DNA from: Candidatus Bathyarchaeota archaeon
GTDB taxonomy: Archaea > Thermoproteota > Bathyarchaeia > Bathyarchaeales > Bathycorpusculaceae
DNA length: 64,000 nucleotides
NCBI GenBank assembly: GCA_963701765.1
Contig: CAVPBD010000004.1
Span: 229,384-293,383, forward strand
Direction: 5' to 3'
The translations under genes were made by a program, and so were the position numbers. Positions 1-10,031 of the stretch are shown piece by piece. The notes under the pieces are model-generated. The model was not told the DNA's origin. It did not search any database and saw only the letters and a list, made by a program, of their open reading frames with translations. The stretch's first letter is position 1; each line of letters starts with the position of its first letter.

Positions 1-261
1 ATGTTCGCTAAAGCCAAGAATATGCTTGAAGAAAAAATCACCACCGTCCAAAACTACGACGAATTCAGGAAAGTTATAACTGAAAAGGGCGGATTCATCA
101 AAGCAGCTTGGTGCGAAAACGCTGCCTGTGAAGCGAAAATTAAAGAAGAAACCACAGCAACTATCAGAGTCAGACCCTTCCAGAAAGAAAAACCAACCTC
201 AAACTGCGTCTGCTGCGGCAAAGAAGCTACCGAAATGGCCTACTTCGCAAAATCTTACTAA
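1..261 (+). CDS. proS: prolyl-tRNA synthetase, C-terminal fragment (5' end lies outside the window)
   Basis: Frame 1 is open from base 1. The Cys-rich segment 'AWCENAACEAKIKEE...SNCVCCGKEA' and the terminal '...YFAKSY' resemble the archaeal/eukaryal-type ProRS C-terminal Zn-binding domain, which ends in Tyr. Confidence 0.75.
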   Translation: MFAKAKNMLEEKITTVQNYDEFRKVITEKGGFIKAAWCENAACEAKIKEETTATIRVRPFQKEKPTSNCVCCGKEATEMAYFAKSY

Positions 262-451
262 TCGCAGACAGACCCAACCAACCCTTTTTTGCCACCTGCA
301 AAGCAGGTTCTAAAAAAATTTTATCTAAATTTACCCCTATTCATGACTAAATTCATCAAATTTCATAAGGGATACCCAATAATTTGTAATTTTATTAGCA
401 AACTTTATTTTTGTAGGAGCGCAAGTGTGCTTCCATTGAAGGGCTAAATCG

Positions 452-1657
452 TTGGCGCACATCAAAGTTACTAATCGAGCCAGGAACATCGAGTATGCAA
501 TACGAGACGTTATCCCTCATACTCAACAGCTTGTTAAAGACGGAAGAAAAATTTATTATCTAAACATCGGTGATCCTGCAGCATTCGATTTCACTGTACC
601 TCAACACGTAAAGCAAGCCCTTTGTAAAGCCATAGCAGAAGAGAACAATTACTACTCACCTTCAGAAGGCTTACTCGAACTTAGGGAAGCTATTGTCCGA
701 AAAGAGAAACGCGTCAACAAAGTAGACATTACTTCTGATAAGGTCCTTATTACCGAAGGTATCTCCGAAGGAATCCAAATGGCTCTGGCCGCCCTTGTCG
801 AAAAAGGTGACGAAATCCTCTTCCCGGGTCCAACTTATCCACCATATATCTCATACACAAAATTCTTTGACGGCACCCCAGTCGCCTATCAAACCGTTGA
901 AAAAGAAGGCTGGCAACCCAACGTAGACGATTTGCGAAAGAAAATCTCACCCAGAACTCGTGCCATAGTTATCACTAATCCAAATAACCCAACAGGCGCC
1001 GTTTATGGCAGAAAAATGATTAAGCAAATGCTCGACGTTGCTGCTGAGCATGATTTGCTAGTGTTGTCAGATGAAATCTACGATCAAATAACCTATGAAA
1101 AAGAATTTGTCAGCACAGCCTACTTAGCCAAGGACATGTCCGTAGTGGGTTTTAACGGATTCTCTAAGGCGTATCAGATGACTGGCTGGCGACTTGGCTA
1201 CATGTACTTCAAAGGGCACAACGGCGAACTAGAAGAGTTACGCGAGGGTATAGAAAAACAATGCCGCATACGCCTATGCGCTAATACCCCAGTGCAGAAA
1301 GCTGGTGCGGCAGCACTAGACGGCCCACAAGATCATATTAAAGGGTATGTTGAAAAACTCAAACAACGCAGAGACTACGCCCACAAGCGCCTCAACGAAA
1401 TCGAAGGCATAAGCTGCACCAAACCCGAAGGCGCCTTCTACATCTTCCCCAAAATTGACGGCGTAGGCACCCGATGGAAAAGCGATTTCCAATTCGTCAT
1501 CGAGCTACTCAAAGCAACAGGTGTTCTCATCGTCAACGGCTCAGGTTTCGACCCAGTCTATGGAGCAGGACACGCCCGCATAGTCTTCCTACCACCTATT
1601 GATATGCTCACAGAAGCCTTTGATAAAATCGAGCAGTTCATAAAAAAGAAACAATAA
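452..1657 (+). CDS. class I/II PLP-dependent aminotransferase (alanine/aspartate aminotransferase-like)
   Basis: 401-aa ORF with a TTG start. It carries 'NPNNPTG', 'DEIY' and the PLP-lysine motif 'FSKAYQMTGWRLGY', typical of fold-type I aminotransferases. Confidence 0.85.
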   Translation: MAHIKVTNRARNIEYAIRDVIPHTQQLVKDGRKIYYLNIGDPAAFDFTVPQHVKQALCKAIAEENNYYSPSEGLLELREAIVRKEKRVNKVDITSDKVLITEGISEGIQMALAALVEKGDEILFPGPTYPPYISYTKFFDGTPVAYQTVEKEGWQPNVDDLRKKISPRTRAIVITNPNNPTGAVYGRKMIKQMLDVAAEHDLLVLSDEIYDQITYEKEFVSTAYLAKDMSVVGFNGFSKAYQMTGWRLGYMYFKGHNGELEELREGIEKQCRIRLCANTPVQKAGAAALDGPQDHIKGYVEKLKQRRDYAHKRLNEIEGISCTKPEGAFYIFPKIDGVGTRWKSDFQFVIELLKATGVLIVNGSGFDPVYGAGHARIVFLPPIDMLTEAFDKIEQFIKKKQ

Positions 1658-1683
1658 ATGAAAAAATAAAAATGAATGAGTCG

Positions 1684-1710
1684 GATGCCTTTTGGGCATC
1701 TTTTTGTTTA
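1684..1710. terminator. hairpin plus T-tract between convergent genes (candidate bidirectional terminator)
   Basis: 'gatgcc' (1684-1689) pairs with 'ggcatc' (1695-1700) and is followed by 'tttttgttta'. The complementary strand is also T-rich after the stem. Confidence 0.4.
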
Positions 1711-1720
1711 TTTTGCTGTG

Positions 1721-2605
1721 TTAGATTTTTACGCCTTCGTTAGGGTCTTGGACGACCTTTTTGAATTCTGCTGCTAGCTTTAGAGTTATTGGTCCACCTT
1801 CACCTTTTCCGATTTGGCGCCAGTTAACTTGTCGTATTGGTACGATTTCTGCTGCGGTTCCAGTAAAGAATAGTTCGTCTGCGTTGAAAAGCTGGAACAT
1901 AGTCAAGTTTGATATAGTTAGACTATAACCGAGTTTTTCGGCGAGCTTGATTACGGCTTTGGAGGTTATTCCACTTAGCGCACCTGTGGATGTGGGTGGT
2001 GTATAGATTTTGCCGTCTTTGACCAGAAATATATTTTCACCTACCCCTTCAGCTACGCTTCCGTTTGGTGTGAGGCATATGGCTTCGTCTGCACCACTCA
2101 TGTTAGCTTCGATTTTTGCCATGATGCTGTTCAGGTAGTTAAGTGACTTTGCTTCATGGGATGAACCATCAATTGGGTTACGTTTTACCCAAGAGACTAT
2201 GGTAGTTATGCCTTTGGTTTTTGCTACCCCATCGTGTAATTTGATAGTATCAGTTATGATTATTATGGTAGGTTTGCTGCATTTTCGAGGATCTAGGCCT
2301 AAATCACCTACACCTCGCGTCACTACTAGACGGATGTAGGAGTCTTTCATTTCGTTTTTGCGGAGTGTATCAATAACTGCTTGTACCAGTTGCTCTTGTG
2401 TGATGGGGATTTTTAGCATCATTGAGTGAGCTGATTCATAAATTCTAGCAACATGTTCTTTGAGTTTGAATACTATCCCGTTGTAGGCACGAATACCTTC
2501 GAAAACACCATCGCCATATAGTAAGCCGTGATCATAAACACTTACTTTAGCTTGGGATTTTGGATAGTATTCTCCGTCAATGTAGATTAGGAGTTCTTTA
2601 GTCAC
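1721..2605 (-). CDS. ilvE: branched-chain amino acid aminotransferase (fold-type IV)
   Basis: 294-aa ORF. 'HGLLYGDGVFEGIRAY', 'LDPR' and 'GITS...' blocks are colinear with IlvE/class IV aminotransferases. Confidence 0.85.
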   Translation of the reverse strand: MTKELLIYIDGEYYPKSQAKVSVYDHGLLYGDGVFEGIRAYNGIVFKLKEHVARIYESAHSMMLKIPITQEQLVQAVIDTLRKNEMKDSYIRLVVTRGVGDLGLDPRKCSKPTIIIITDTIKLHDGVAKTKGITTIVSWVKRNPIDGSSHEAKSLNYLNSIMAKIEANMSGADEAICLTPNGSVAEGVGENIFLVKDGKIYTPPTSTGALSGITSKAVIKLAEKLGYSLTISNLTMFQLFNADELFFTGTAAEIVPIRQVNWRQIGKGEGGPITLKLAAEFKKVVQDPNEGVKI

Positions 2606-2685
2606 TGAATTTCCCTCTAGTGGTGACGTTCATATTACTCGTTGATTTGATATAGCTTGTGGCAATGAATTATATGAATCACATA

Positions 2686-4593
2686 TTAGCCATGGAACTG
2701 TGGCCTCTTGCTTAGGCTTCTGGGCAGGGGTAGCGACTTGAAAGGCTTACCTTCAATTTTAGATTTAATTTTAGCCACCAAATCTTCCAGAGTCAGGTTT
2801 TGCTGGGCACCTTTAGCTTCACGATCCCGAACCGAAAGGGTTCCAGACTCGACTTCCTTTTCGCCTAAGACGATGATGTAGGGTACCCATTCTTGTTCAG
2901 CTTCACGGATTTTCTTCTGCAACGTAGAAGCGCTATCATCAATGTCTACACGAATATAGTTAGCTTCAATTTTATTAGCTATTTCTTCAACCTTTTCGAG
3001 GTATTTGTCAGAGAGGGGTATTAGCCGTACCTGCGTAGGGGATAACCACAACGGGAGCATAGGTGCTTTTCCAGCCATCTGCTCATGGTAAGCTTTCTCC
3101 AATAGGGCATAGATATCGCGTTCTATAGCGCCACTAGGGGAACAGTGCAGAATAAGCGGATATTGTTTTTCTCCTTTCTCATCAACGTAAGTAATCTCGT
3201 AACGCTTAGCGTTTTCAACATCGATTTGGTCGGTTGCAAGAGCAGCAGCTTTGTCTTGGTTATCAACAAAGTTCAAATCCCATTTGAGGGCAAAATAGAA
3301 GAATCGTTCATTCCATACTTCCGCTAGAATGGGTTTACCGAAGTTTTGGGCTAGCTCAGTTAGGAATTCTTTGTTTTCTGCATAGAAGTCCTTAGTGAAG
3401 CGCATAGCAATTTCGTAATCGTCCTTTACTAGACCGATATTACTTAGAACATCTATGCATAAGTTGAAGCGGATCATGAATTCTTTTTTAGCTTGTTCAA
3501 GGTCAGTGCAGAAGGCATGGCAGTCAGGCATAGTGAATGCCCTTAGGCGTTTTAGACCTACCACTTCGCCGCTCTTTTCGCGTCGGAAACTGTATCTGGT
3601 TAGTTCATAGAGTTTGATTGGCATTTGTTTGTAGCTGAATTGTGCATCGTGCGCCATGAGGAATTGGCCAAAGCATGCTGCGAAACGCAAGAAGAGGTCT
3701 TTGTCTTCGGATTTGAGTACGTATTGGCGGGCTGGGAAACGGTTAAGATAGCTAGATAGGCTGGGGTGGTTAAAATCATACATGAGAGGAGTTTCAACTT
3801 CCATGCCGCCGTATGTAGCTACTCGGGCGCTCACATACTGCTCAAGTAATGATTTAATCATGCGTCCTTTTGGATACCAGCGAATGTTTCCGGGGTCACT
3901 ACCAGGTTCATAGTCAGCAATTTCAAGTCTTTTCATTAAAGGCACATGAGGAGGCATTTGGGTAACTGCCCTGGCCTTTTTGATCTCGTACTGGGAGAAC
4001 TTTTGAAGGTTAACATGTCCTTTGAACTTGAATTCCTCGACTGGGACTAATGAGCCATCTGTCTGCAGAACATGCCAAAATGATTGCATTTTATCTTCAG
4101 CTTTTAGCGCCGCTGAAACTGGCTCTTCTTCCTTTTTAGCTTCGCCGTCAGTTTTTGCAGATGGCGCTACCTCTACTGCTACAGCGGGGGAATATACTCG
4201 CGCCTGCTCAGCTAAAGGATGCCCCTTTATTGAAATAGTAAACTGTTTATTCCAGCCAAAGGGAGCCTGGTATGTTTCGATGCCTTTTTCTTTGGCATAA
4301 GCGTCCATAGCTTTTATGATTTTTAAGGCTTCACCAGGATTGCTCAGATTGCTACTTAAGTGCGCGAAGGGGTAAATCAGGATACGGTTAGTCTTCTGTT
4401 TACCTAAGAAAGCACGCACGTCATTGATGGCTTTCTGCGATAAGGCTGAAGTGTCACCTTCTTCGATAGCAGTAAAAAGAACAACAACTTCCTCTACGCG
4501 GGTTTCTTTTTTTTCTGCTTCTTCAGCTATATTGATTTCCTTTTCAACGGGAGTATAAACAATAAAATTAGAGTGCAGTTGAAGTATTCGCAT
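2686..4593 (-). CDS. thrS: threonyl-tRNA synthetase, full-length archaeal type with N-terminal editing domain
   Basis: 635-aa ORF with an N-terminal ~140-aa archaeal editing-like domain, a class II catalytic core ('FRREKSGE', 'GLKRLRAFTMPD') and a C-terminal anticodon-binding domain. Confidence 0.9.
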   Translation of the reverse strand: MRILQLHSNFIVYTPVEKEINIAEEAEKKETRVEEVVVLFTAIEEGDTSALSQKAINDVRAFLGKQKTNRILIYPFAHLSSNLSNPGEALKIIKAMDAYAKEKGIETYQAPFGWNKQFTISIKGHPLAEQARVYSPAVAVEVAPSAKTDGEAKKEEEPVSAALKAEDKMQSFWHVLQTDGSLVPVEEFKFKGHVNLQKFSQYEIKKARAVTQMPPHVPLMKRLEIADYEPGSDPGNIRWYPKGRMIKSLLEQYVSARVATYGGMEVETPLMYDFNHPSLSSYLNRFPARQYVLKSEDKDLFLRFAACFGQFLMAHDAQFSYKQMPIKLYELTRYSFRREKSGEVVGLKRLRAFTMPDCHAFCTDLEQAKKEFMIRFNLCIDVLSNIGLVKDDYEIAMRFTKDFYAENKEFLTELAQNFGKPILAEVWNERFFYFALKWDLNFVDNQDKAAALATDQIDVENAKRYEITYVDEKGEKQYPLILHCSPSGAIERDIYALLEKAYHEQMAGKAPMLPLWLSPTQVRLIPLSDKYLEKVEEIANKIEANYIRVDIDDSASTLQKKIREAEQEWVPYIIVLGEKEVESGTLSVRDREAKGAQQNLTLEDLVAKIKSKIEGKPFKSLPLPRSLSKRPQFHG

Positions 4594-4631
4594 GCTTTTT
4601 TCACGCTCTAAGGGTTATTTTCATCCTTGAA

Positions 4632-4841
4632 TTATGCGCCGTATCGCCATTTTTCAAGGGTCTTGTCTTTTTTAGATTTTTTCTTATATTCTTTATAGTG
4701 CTCTTTACAGAGGTAGACGCGTTTCTCACCGCTTGCGACATTTAAACCAGCGGATTTTGCTTTATCAGTAGGAATCGAACGTTCAGCGTCTCGGCTACAA
4801 CCAGAAACGCTACATTTTACACCTTTATCTATACGACCCAA
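4632..4841 (-). CDS. small basic Cys-containing protein, unknown function, probably co-transcribed with thrS
   Basis: 69-aa ORF lying 38 nt upstream of thrS on the same strand. It has 'CSVSGC ... CKEH' spacing (possible Zn site) and a Lys-rich tail. Confidence 0.45.
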   Translation of the reverse strand: MGRIDKGVKCSVSGCSRDAERSIPTDKAKSAGLNVASGEKRVYLCKEHYKEYKKKSKKDKTLEKWRYGA

Positions 4842-5142
4842 TTTTGCTACACCTTGACAGTTTTTGAGTTAAATTTTTAGCGAGAACAGATATTATTTGT
4901 TGGAAGGTAATGTTCTCACTTACACATCCGAAGAGATGCTTACCAATATAAGCGTAATCCTAATAGGCTTTACGAATTAGGCTAAATCAAAAGAAAGCTC
5001 TGGAAGAAAAAAGCCGCTAATAATGTAGACTTCTCATTTTGGATTAGAGATATTCAGCTTTAGGATTAATTTCACTAGTTGGATTTTTAGAAGAATTTAA
5101 CAAAAAAAGAAAGGTTGGTTGTTTGGATGATTTGTTTGTTGT

Positions 5143-7902
5143 TTATTTGCGTTTTCTTAGTACGAGTGCTGCTGCGATGACTGCTATGATGATTACGACT
5201 GCTGCGCCTGCGATGAGTAGGGTTTCAGTGGAGATGCCTGTGCCAGGGGTTGGAGCTACTGTTGGAGATGCTGAGATGGTTGGGGCAACTGTTGCGGTTG
5301 GAGCTACGGTTGCGGTTGGAGCTACGGTTGCGGTTGGAGCTGGTGCTGCTGCATCTACTACTACTGCTGTGCTTGCGCTTGATGGTCCGTATGAGTTGGA
5401 GCCTTCGAAGACTGCGTTGATTACATAAGAACCTACTTGTGATGGCATCCATGCGTAGTAGAACATGCCGTTTGCATCGCTTGTGACTTTGGCGATTTCG
5501 GTTGTGCTACCGTCTGGACCAGTTGCAAAGATTGTAACTGGGACACCTGTTGCGTCGGCTGGGCATGGTTTTTGCATGTAGACGTATTCCATCCATTTTG
5601 CTTGGCTTGCGTCTGAGATTGCTGGTACGCTGCTGAATAGCCCTGCTGCTACGTTGGCTTTGGCGCCTGCGGATTCATCTGTGACTGTACCGCGTATGAT
5701 TACGCTGGAACCTTTGGGTACACCAGTTAATGGAGCTTCAACGGTAGTTGCGCTTGGGCCTTTGCCGATTGCGTAGATGCTGTTGTCGTAGTAGTTGTAG
5801 TAGCATAGGACACCGTCTGCTAGTGCAGCTGTTGAGCCACCTTGGCCGCCGGTTTGACCTGACCATCCTAACATGCTGAAGATTTCTTTGCCTGAGTATG
5901 CATCAATTGCGTAGATCTTGTTGCCTCTGTATAGTGGGTCGTTTGGTGAGTGTTCGTTGTTGAAGGCATAAACTACGCCGTTTGAAATTGCTGATAGGAA
6001 TATTGGTCTTAAGCCCCATGGTGTGTCTAAGCCGCTGTTGGTGTCGTTGAACTTCCAGTCTAAGTTACCTGTTGCTGTGTTGATTGCTAATATTTCTCCA
6101 CCGAAGCCCTGCACATAGAGTTTGCCGTATGCCATTGAGCCTCTTTGTCCGCCACCTTCACCGCTGCCATAGTAAGTGTATGCGCGTTGGAGTATGTTTG
6201 TTGGTCCCCACTTTAGTTGTCCGTTATCAAGGTTGTAGCCTATGAATTGCATTGTTTCTACGTCGTGCATTACGATTACTCGGTTAATTGGGTCAATTGG
6301 TAGGGTCATGAATCTGCGGGTGATGTTGCCTGCTGGTGCTGGGTAGCTTTGTTTCCAGAGCAATTGTCCTCGGCTTTCTGGTTTGTCGCTGATTGCCCAG
6401 AATGTGTATGGGTCTGCAGTGAATTTGTCACCGACACCAGGTTGGATTGCGCTGCTTCTGCCTAAGATTATGTCACCAGGTAAAACTTGCACTATTGCTG
6501 GGGCTGCGTTACCTACAAGGTCTGCGGTTATAGATACGTTCCAGGAGTATGCATTAGCCATGTTAACGGTTTTCCGTCTGGTCTCCATTGCCATTGATTG
6601 GTGCCAGTTCCTAGGCTGAGGTGCAGTCCTTGTTGCTCTTGGGTGTTGTTCCATAGACCTATCCATCCGGTTTTTGTTGTAGTGCTGTAGCTTAGTACGT
6701 AGTTTACAATTTCTCCTTTGCTGGTATACACTTGGGTGCCACCAGGTACGCCTGTTTCGTTAAAGACCCATTTGCCTGTATATGCATCAAAGCCTTGCCA
6801 AGTAGTAACACCGCTAGCACTGGAAGACTGCCACAAGATGCCGCCTACGCCACCGTGTTGGTTAGGTGATTCGTACTCGTAGATTTGGGCAAATGATGGT
6901 GCCGCTATCGATGGTGCAGCACTGGAGTTGGAAATAGCTGCGTTCATTGCAGTTGGGAGATAAGCATTTAGGTCAGCTCTGTACCAGACTGTTTGTCCAG
7001 TTTTCAAGTCAACTGCTGTGTATCCGCCACCAACGGCTGAGTGGCCAAGAGGAACAGAGTAGAAGAGCATTCCGCCAAGTATAATCGCGTTGGCGAATCT
7101 ACCTTCATATGAACCACCAGAGTAGTAGCCTGCAGAGGTAACAGCGCTGTCTGTGATGCCATAGTTTGGTGCCCAACTAGCTCCAACTACACCACCTAAT
7201 TCGATAGGTTTCTTCCAGAGGATGTGTGGGCTAATAGGTCCAGATCCTTCTTGCCAGAGGTTATATCCACCAGATTGGGCGCCACGTAGCCAGTTTGAGG
7301 CTATGTCAGCCCAGTGGATATTGTCTGCGGATATTGGGCGGGTCCAGTAACCTGCTGGAAGTGGATACTCTTCAACTGGAGCTACTGGGTTCTGTTGTAC
7401 TGTGAGTCTTTCTGTAACCTGGCTTGGTAGGAATGTGTCGTTAATGTATGGACTGGCTGATCCAGGTAGTCCGTTTGTTGGGTGATTAAGTGATAATACT
7501 TGTCCAGTGTATCTGAATAGGAATGTGTATGTGCCGAGTTGAGTTGGTGTGTATAGGGTGTAAGTTGATCCTGTTGGGTCAGAAATGAATGGACCTAAGG
7601 TTTCCTTGCTTCCGTCTGGCTTTGTGACGTCGATGAAAAAGTTGCGCCAACGATCTCCAGCATTTCCTGCTGCGGTTGGCGGGGCTGCGTGAAGCCACAT
7701 TACAAGGAACACGGTTTGCCCGATTCCAGTGGGGTTAGGTGTAACAGCTAGATAATGCATAAGTTGGGATACTGATTGGTGGAGTGCTAGCATTTGCTGC
7801 TGGTAGAATAGCAATCATTGTCGACAGAGCTAATAGTAGAATTAAAGTAGAGGCTGCAAAGAATTTATTTTTCCCACTAACGTGGGATAAGAGATTAAAC
7901 AA
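5143..7902 (-). pseudogene. large secreted/anchored PQQ-like beta-propeller surface protein, interrupted by two single-nt frame shifts
   Basis: Three consecutive minus-strand frames make up this gene.
- 7902 to ~7756: TTG start preceded by 'ggagagg', encoding a signal peptide 'KNKFFAASTLILLLALSTMIAILPAANA'.
- ORF 6528..7814.
- ORF 5143..6666, ending in a Pro/Thr linker and a TM anchor 'LLIAGAAVVIIIAVIAAALVLRKRK'.
The junctions read through as 'IPTYA|YLAVTPNPTGIGQ' (one extra nt near 7755) and 'WRPDGK|TVNMANAYSW' (one A missing in the A4 run, which is T4 at 6570-6573 on the + strand). Confidence 0.65.
5285..5338 (-). repeat. 3 x 18-bp tandem repeat encoding a (TVAPTA)n Pro/Thr linker
   Basis: The unit 'gc(a/t)ac(t/g)gttgcggttgga' occurs three times in tandem. 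It translates on the minus strand to 'PTATVAPTATVAPTATVAPT'. Confidence 0.9.
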
Positions 7903-8108
7903 TTTTTATTTTCCTCTCCTAATAACAACCTACGAAGGAAAAAAGCGCTTATAAATTTTTTTCTTAATCACAGAGAAAGTCAATAAAGACTCGGATCATC
8001 ACTAGAAAACATTAATGCTCAAGTTACTATAAACCAGAAGAGTCCCAATAAAGTGTGTATTTAGGTTCATTTTTTAATAAATTCTCGAGCAGGTTTTTAG
8101 CGCTTTAA

Positions 8109-9026
8109 TTATTTATTGTAAATACTGAGAGCTCTGCGATAGATTCTGTTTTTTTCTCCAAAAAAGGTGGTTCCTACTCCCTCAATTACCAATGACGCTG
8201 CAGCCGAACCGACGCAAGCACACCAAAACGGTTCCTGTCCAAGGCGAACATACTCATTCAAGAAGGCGCCTATGAAAACATCACCTGCCCCAGTAGGGTC
8301 AACGAGTTTGCCAGAACGGTATATAGGAACAGTGCAAGCTTCACCTTCAACCGAAAGTACTGATCCCTGAGCGCCCATTGTCACTATTACTATTTTTGGA
8401 CCCCAATCGTGCATAGCACTTATGGTATCTTTTAGATTGGATTTACCTGTTAAGATGCTGATTTCATCAAACGATGATTTATAGATATCAACTAAACCTA
8501 GTAGATGTATATCCATCTCGGCACTAACTGTTAATTTTCCGCGAGTGTCGAAGCGCCGCGTCATTCCCTGAGGATCAATTGATAAGTATTTGCAACAACT
8601 TCGCAATCTTTTGACTACTTCAAAGGAGATTTCCCCAGCAATGGGCGCAATGTGTATCGCCTTAGCATTCAACACGGGAGGTAAATCGGCTACGGTAATA
8701 GGGGAACATTGACTTCTTAGCCTAAGAGTCCGAGAAGATAAATCTGCAGAATAAGCAAGTTCAAAACTAGTTGTATGCTCACCACAGGTTTTGATGATTC
8801 CTGATGTGTCTACACCTTCATTCTGCAATTGTTGAAGGTATGCGTCTGGAAAATCTAATCCAACCTTTGAAACCACAGCTACTGATCCACCCAATCTCCT
8901 GGTAACCAGAGAAACGTATGCGACTGCACCACCCATAATCGTGTAAGGCTCAGGCCTGCGGGGTAATTTTAGGTAATCTATAGAAAAATTCCCGACTACA
9001 GCAACATCAAGTTCCGGAGCAACCAT
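8109..9026 (-). CDS. PfkB/ribokinase-family carbohydrate or nucleoside kinase
   Basis: 305-aa ORF with an N-terminal 'VVGNFSID' and the C-terminal PfkB signature 'DPTGAGDVFIGAF'. Confidence 0.8.
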   Translation of the reverse strand: MVAPELDVAVVGNFSIDYLKLPRRPEPYTIMGGAVAYVSLVTRRLGGSVAVVSKVGLDFPDAYLQQLQNEGVDTSGIIKTCGEHTTSFELAYSADLSSRTLRLRSQCSPITVADLPPVLNAKAIHIAPIAGEISFEVVKRLRSCCKYLSIDPQGMTRRFDTRGKLTVSAEMDIHLLGLVDIYKSSFDEISILTGKSNLKDTISAMHDWGPKIVIVTMGAQGSVLSVEGEACTVPIYRSGKLVDPTGAGDVFIGAFLNEYVRLGQEPFWCACVGSAAASLVIEGVGTTFFGEKNRIYRRALSIYNK

Positions 9027-9073
9027 ATTAGCCCACGAAAAACTGTTTGGAGGTATAAGTATTAAGAATTAGG

Positions 9074-9430
9074 TTAAGATTGGAGCAGCAGGATGGCTTT
9101 TGCAAGATCGCCTTCAGATTCTATAAGTGCATTTCGGGCTTCTTCGAAGCTTTTGCCTGTCTGTCCAGCTACTAGCTGCACATCTTCTTCAGATACTGTA
9201 GGAGTCTTTGCAGCCTTGCTTTGTGGAGCACGTTCACTGACTTTTCCGCCTGCAACTTGGAAAATCTTTTGCCCTTGCATATTAACTATTGCTACTTCAG
9301 GTGCTTCAATAACAATTTCTTTGCTGGGTGTACGGATGATAACTTCTTCAACCTCATCGACACCTTCCATATTCATGCCCATGCGCTGCATCATGCGCTT
9401 TGCATCTCGAGGATTCATACGTCTTTGCAT
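9074..9430 (-). CDS. nac: nascent polypeptide-associated complex protein (archaeal NAC alpha, NAC + UBA domains)
   Basis: 'MNPRDAKRMMQRMGMNME' is followed by a NAC beta-barrel segment and a C-terminal UBA-like 'EEDVQLVAGQTGKSFEEARNALIESEGDLAKAILLL'. The start may be the internal Met at 9418. Confidence 0.85.
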   Translation of the reverse strand: MQRRMNPRDAKRMMQRMGMNMEGVDEVEEVIIRTPSKEIVIEAPEVAIVNMQGQKIFQVAGGKVSERAPQSKAAKTPTVSEEDVQLVAGQTGKSFEEARNALIESEGDLAKAILLLQS

Positions 9431-9477
9431 AGGTTCGCACTCACCAATTATTCTACATTAGAAACAAATATACTTAA

Positions 9478-9957
9478 CTAGCTTTCGCTTCCACGTCCAT
9501 GACGAACCTTAACCGCAACACCTGTCTTGAAAGCCAGCATTTCCGAACTCGAAAGCAAGGCACGACCAACCGCAATGACTTCATTGGTTTCGTCAAGAAT
9601 TATGACTTCATCTTTGGCGCAAATATCGTTGTCAACCTTAACTACATGCACCGCGAACACATCGCCACCATCAGCCACAAATTTCGCCACATCAGCACGT
9701 ACGGTTACAAAGCACGGCGCTGAAGGCATATTCTGCTTGATAGATCTAGCCGCATTAACACTTATCGACAACATACCATCGGTTGGACGAAGCGTTGCAA
9801 TTCTTTCCCCATTTAGGTTAATATAACGGATTCTACCCGTTGCAGGAGAATATTGAATCTCTACATTTTCCGGAAAAAGTAAATCACCCACACCTAGACC
9901 ATATTGATAATCTGCAATGCTTCTGATACGTTGTAGAGAGCTTTCCAATAGTTCCAC
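9478..9957 (-). CDS. PUA-domain RNA-binding protein (pre-PUA + PUA)
   Basis: 159-aa ORF. The C-terminal 'VFAVHVVKVDNDICAKDEVIILDETNEVIAVGRALLSSSEM...GVAVKVRHG' looks like a PUA domain. Confidence 0.65.
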   Translation of the reverse strand: MELLESSLQRIRSIADYQYGLGVGDLLFPENVEIQYSPATGRIRYINLNGERIATLRPTDGMLSISVNAARSIKQNMPSAPCFVTVRADVAKFVADGGDVFAVHVVKVDNDICAKDEVIILDETNEVIAVGRALLSSSEMLAFKTGVAVKVRHGRGSES

Positions 9958-10031
9958 CGTGAATAGAGCCTGTTTTTATTCGACAACTATAAACATACGG
10001 ATACAATAAAAACAATCTGGATGGATTATCT

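Noticed and set aside
128-313. 61-aa + strand ORF overlapping the proS 3' end in another frame
   Set aside because: It overlaps the conserved ProRS C-terminal domain, and its Lys/Gln-rich translation looks non-genuine.
5285-5338. Regular 18-bp periodic repeat that at first glance could be a mini CRISPR-like or satellite array
   Set aside because: The units are directly tandem with no spacers, are in frame, and encode a Pro/Thr linker inside a long ORF. No cas genes are present anywhere in the window.
5123-5428. 101-aa + strand ORF rich in Ala/Val/Thr/Gly, plus a 75-aa minus-strand ORF (5225..5452), overlapping the PT-linker region
   Set aside because: Both lie over the 3' end of the propeller-protein gene in other frames. 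The low-complexity repeat keeps several frames open, so these are shadow ORFs.
9093-9481. 122-aa and 86-aa + strand ORFs opposite the NAC gene
   Set aside because: They are antisense to a well-supported NAC gene and have Ser/Cys/Phe-rich compositions typical of non-coding frames.
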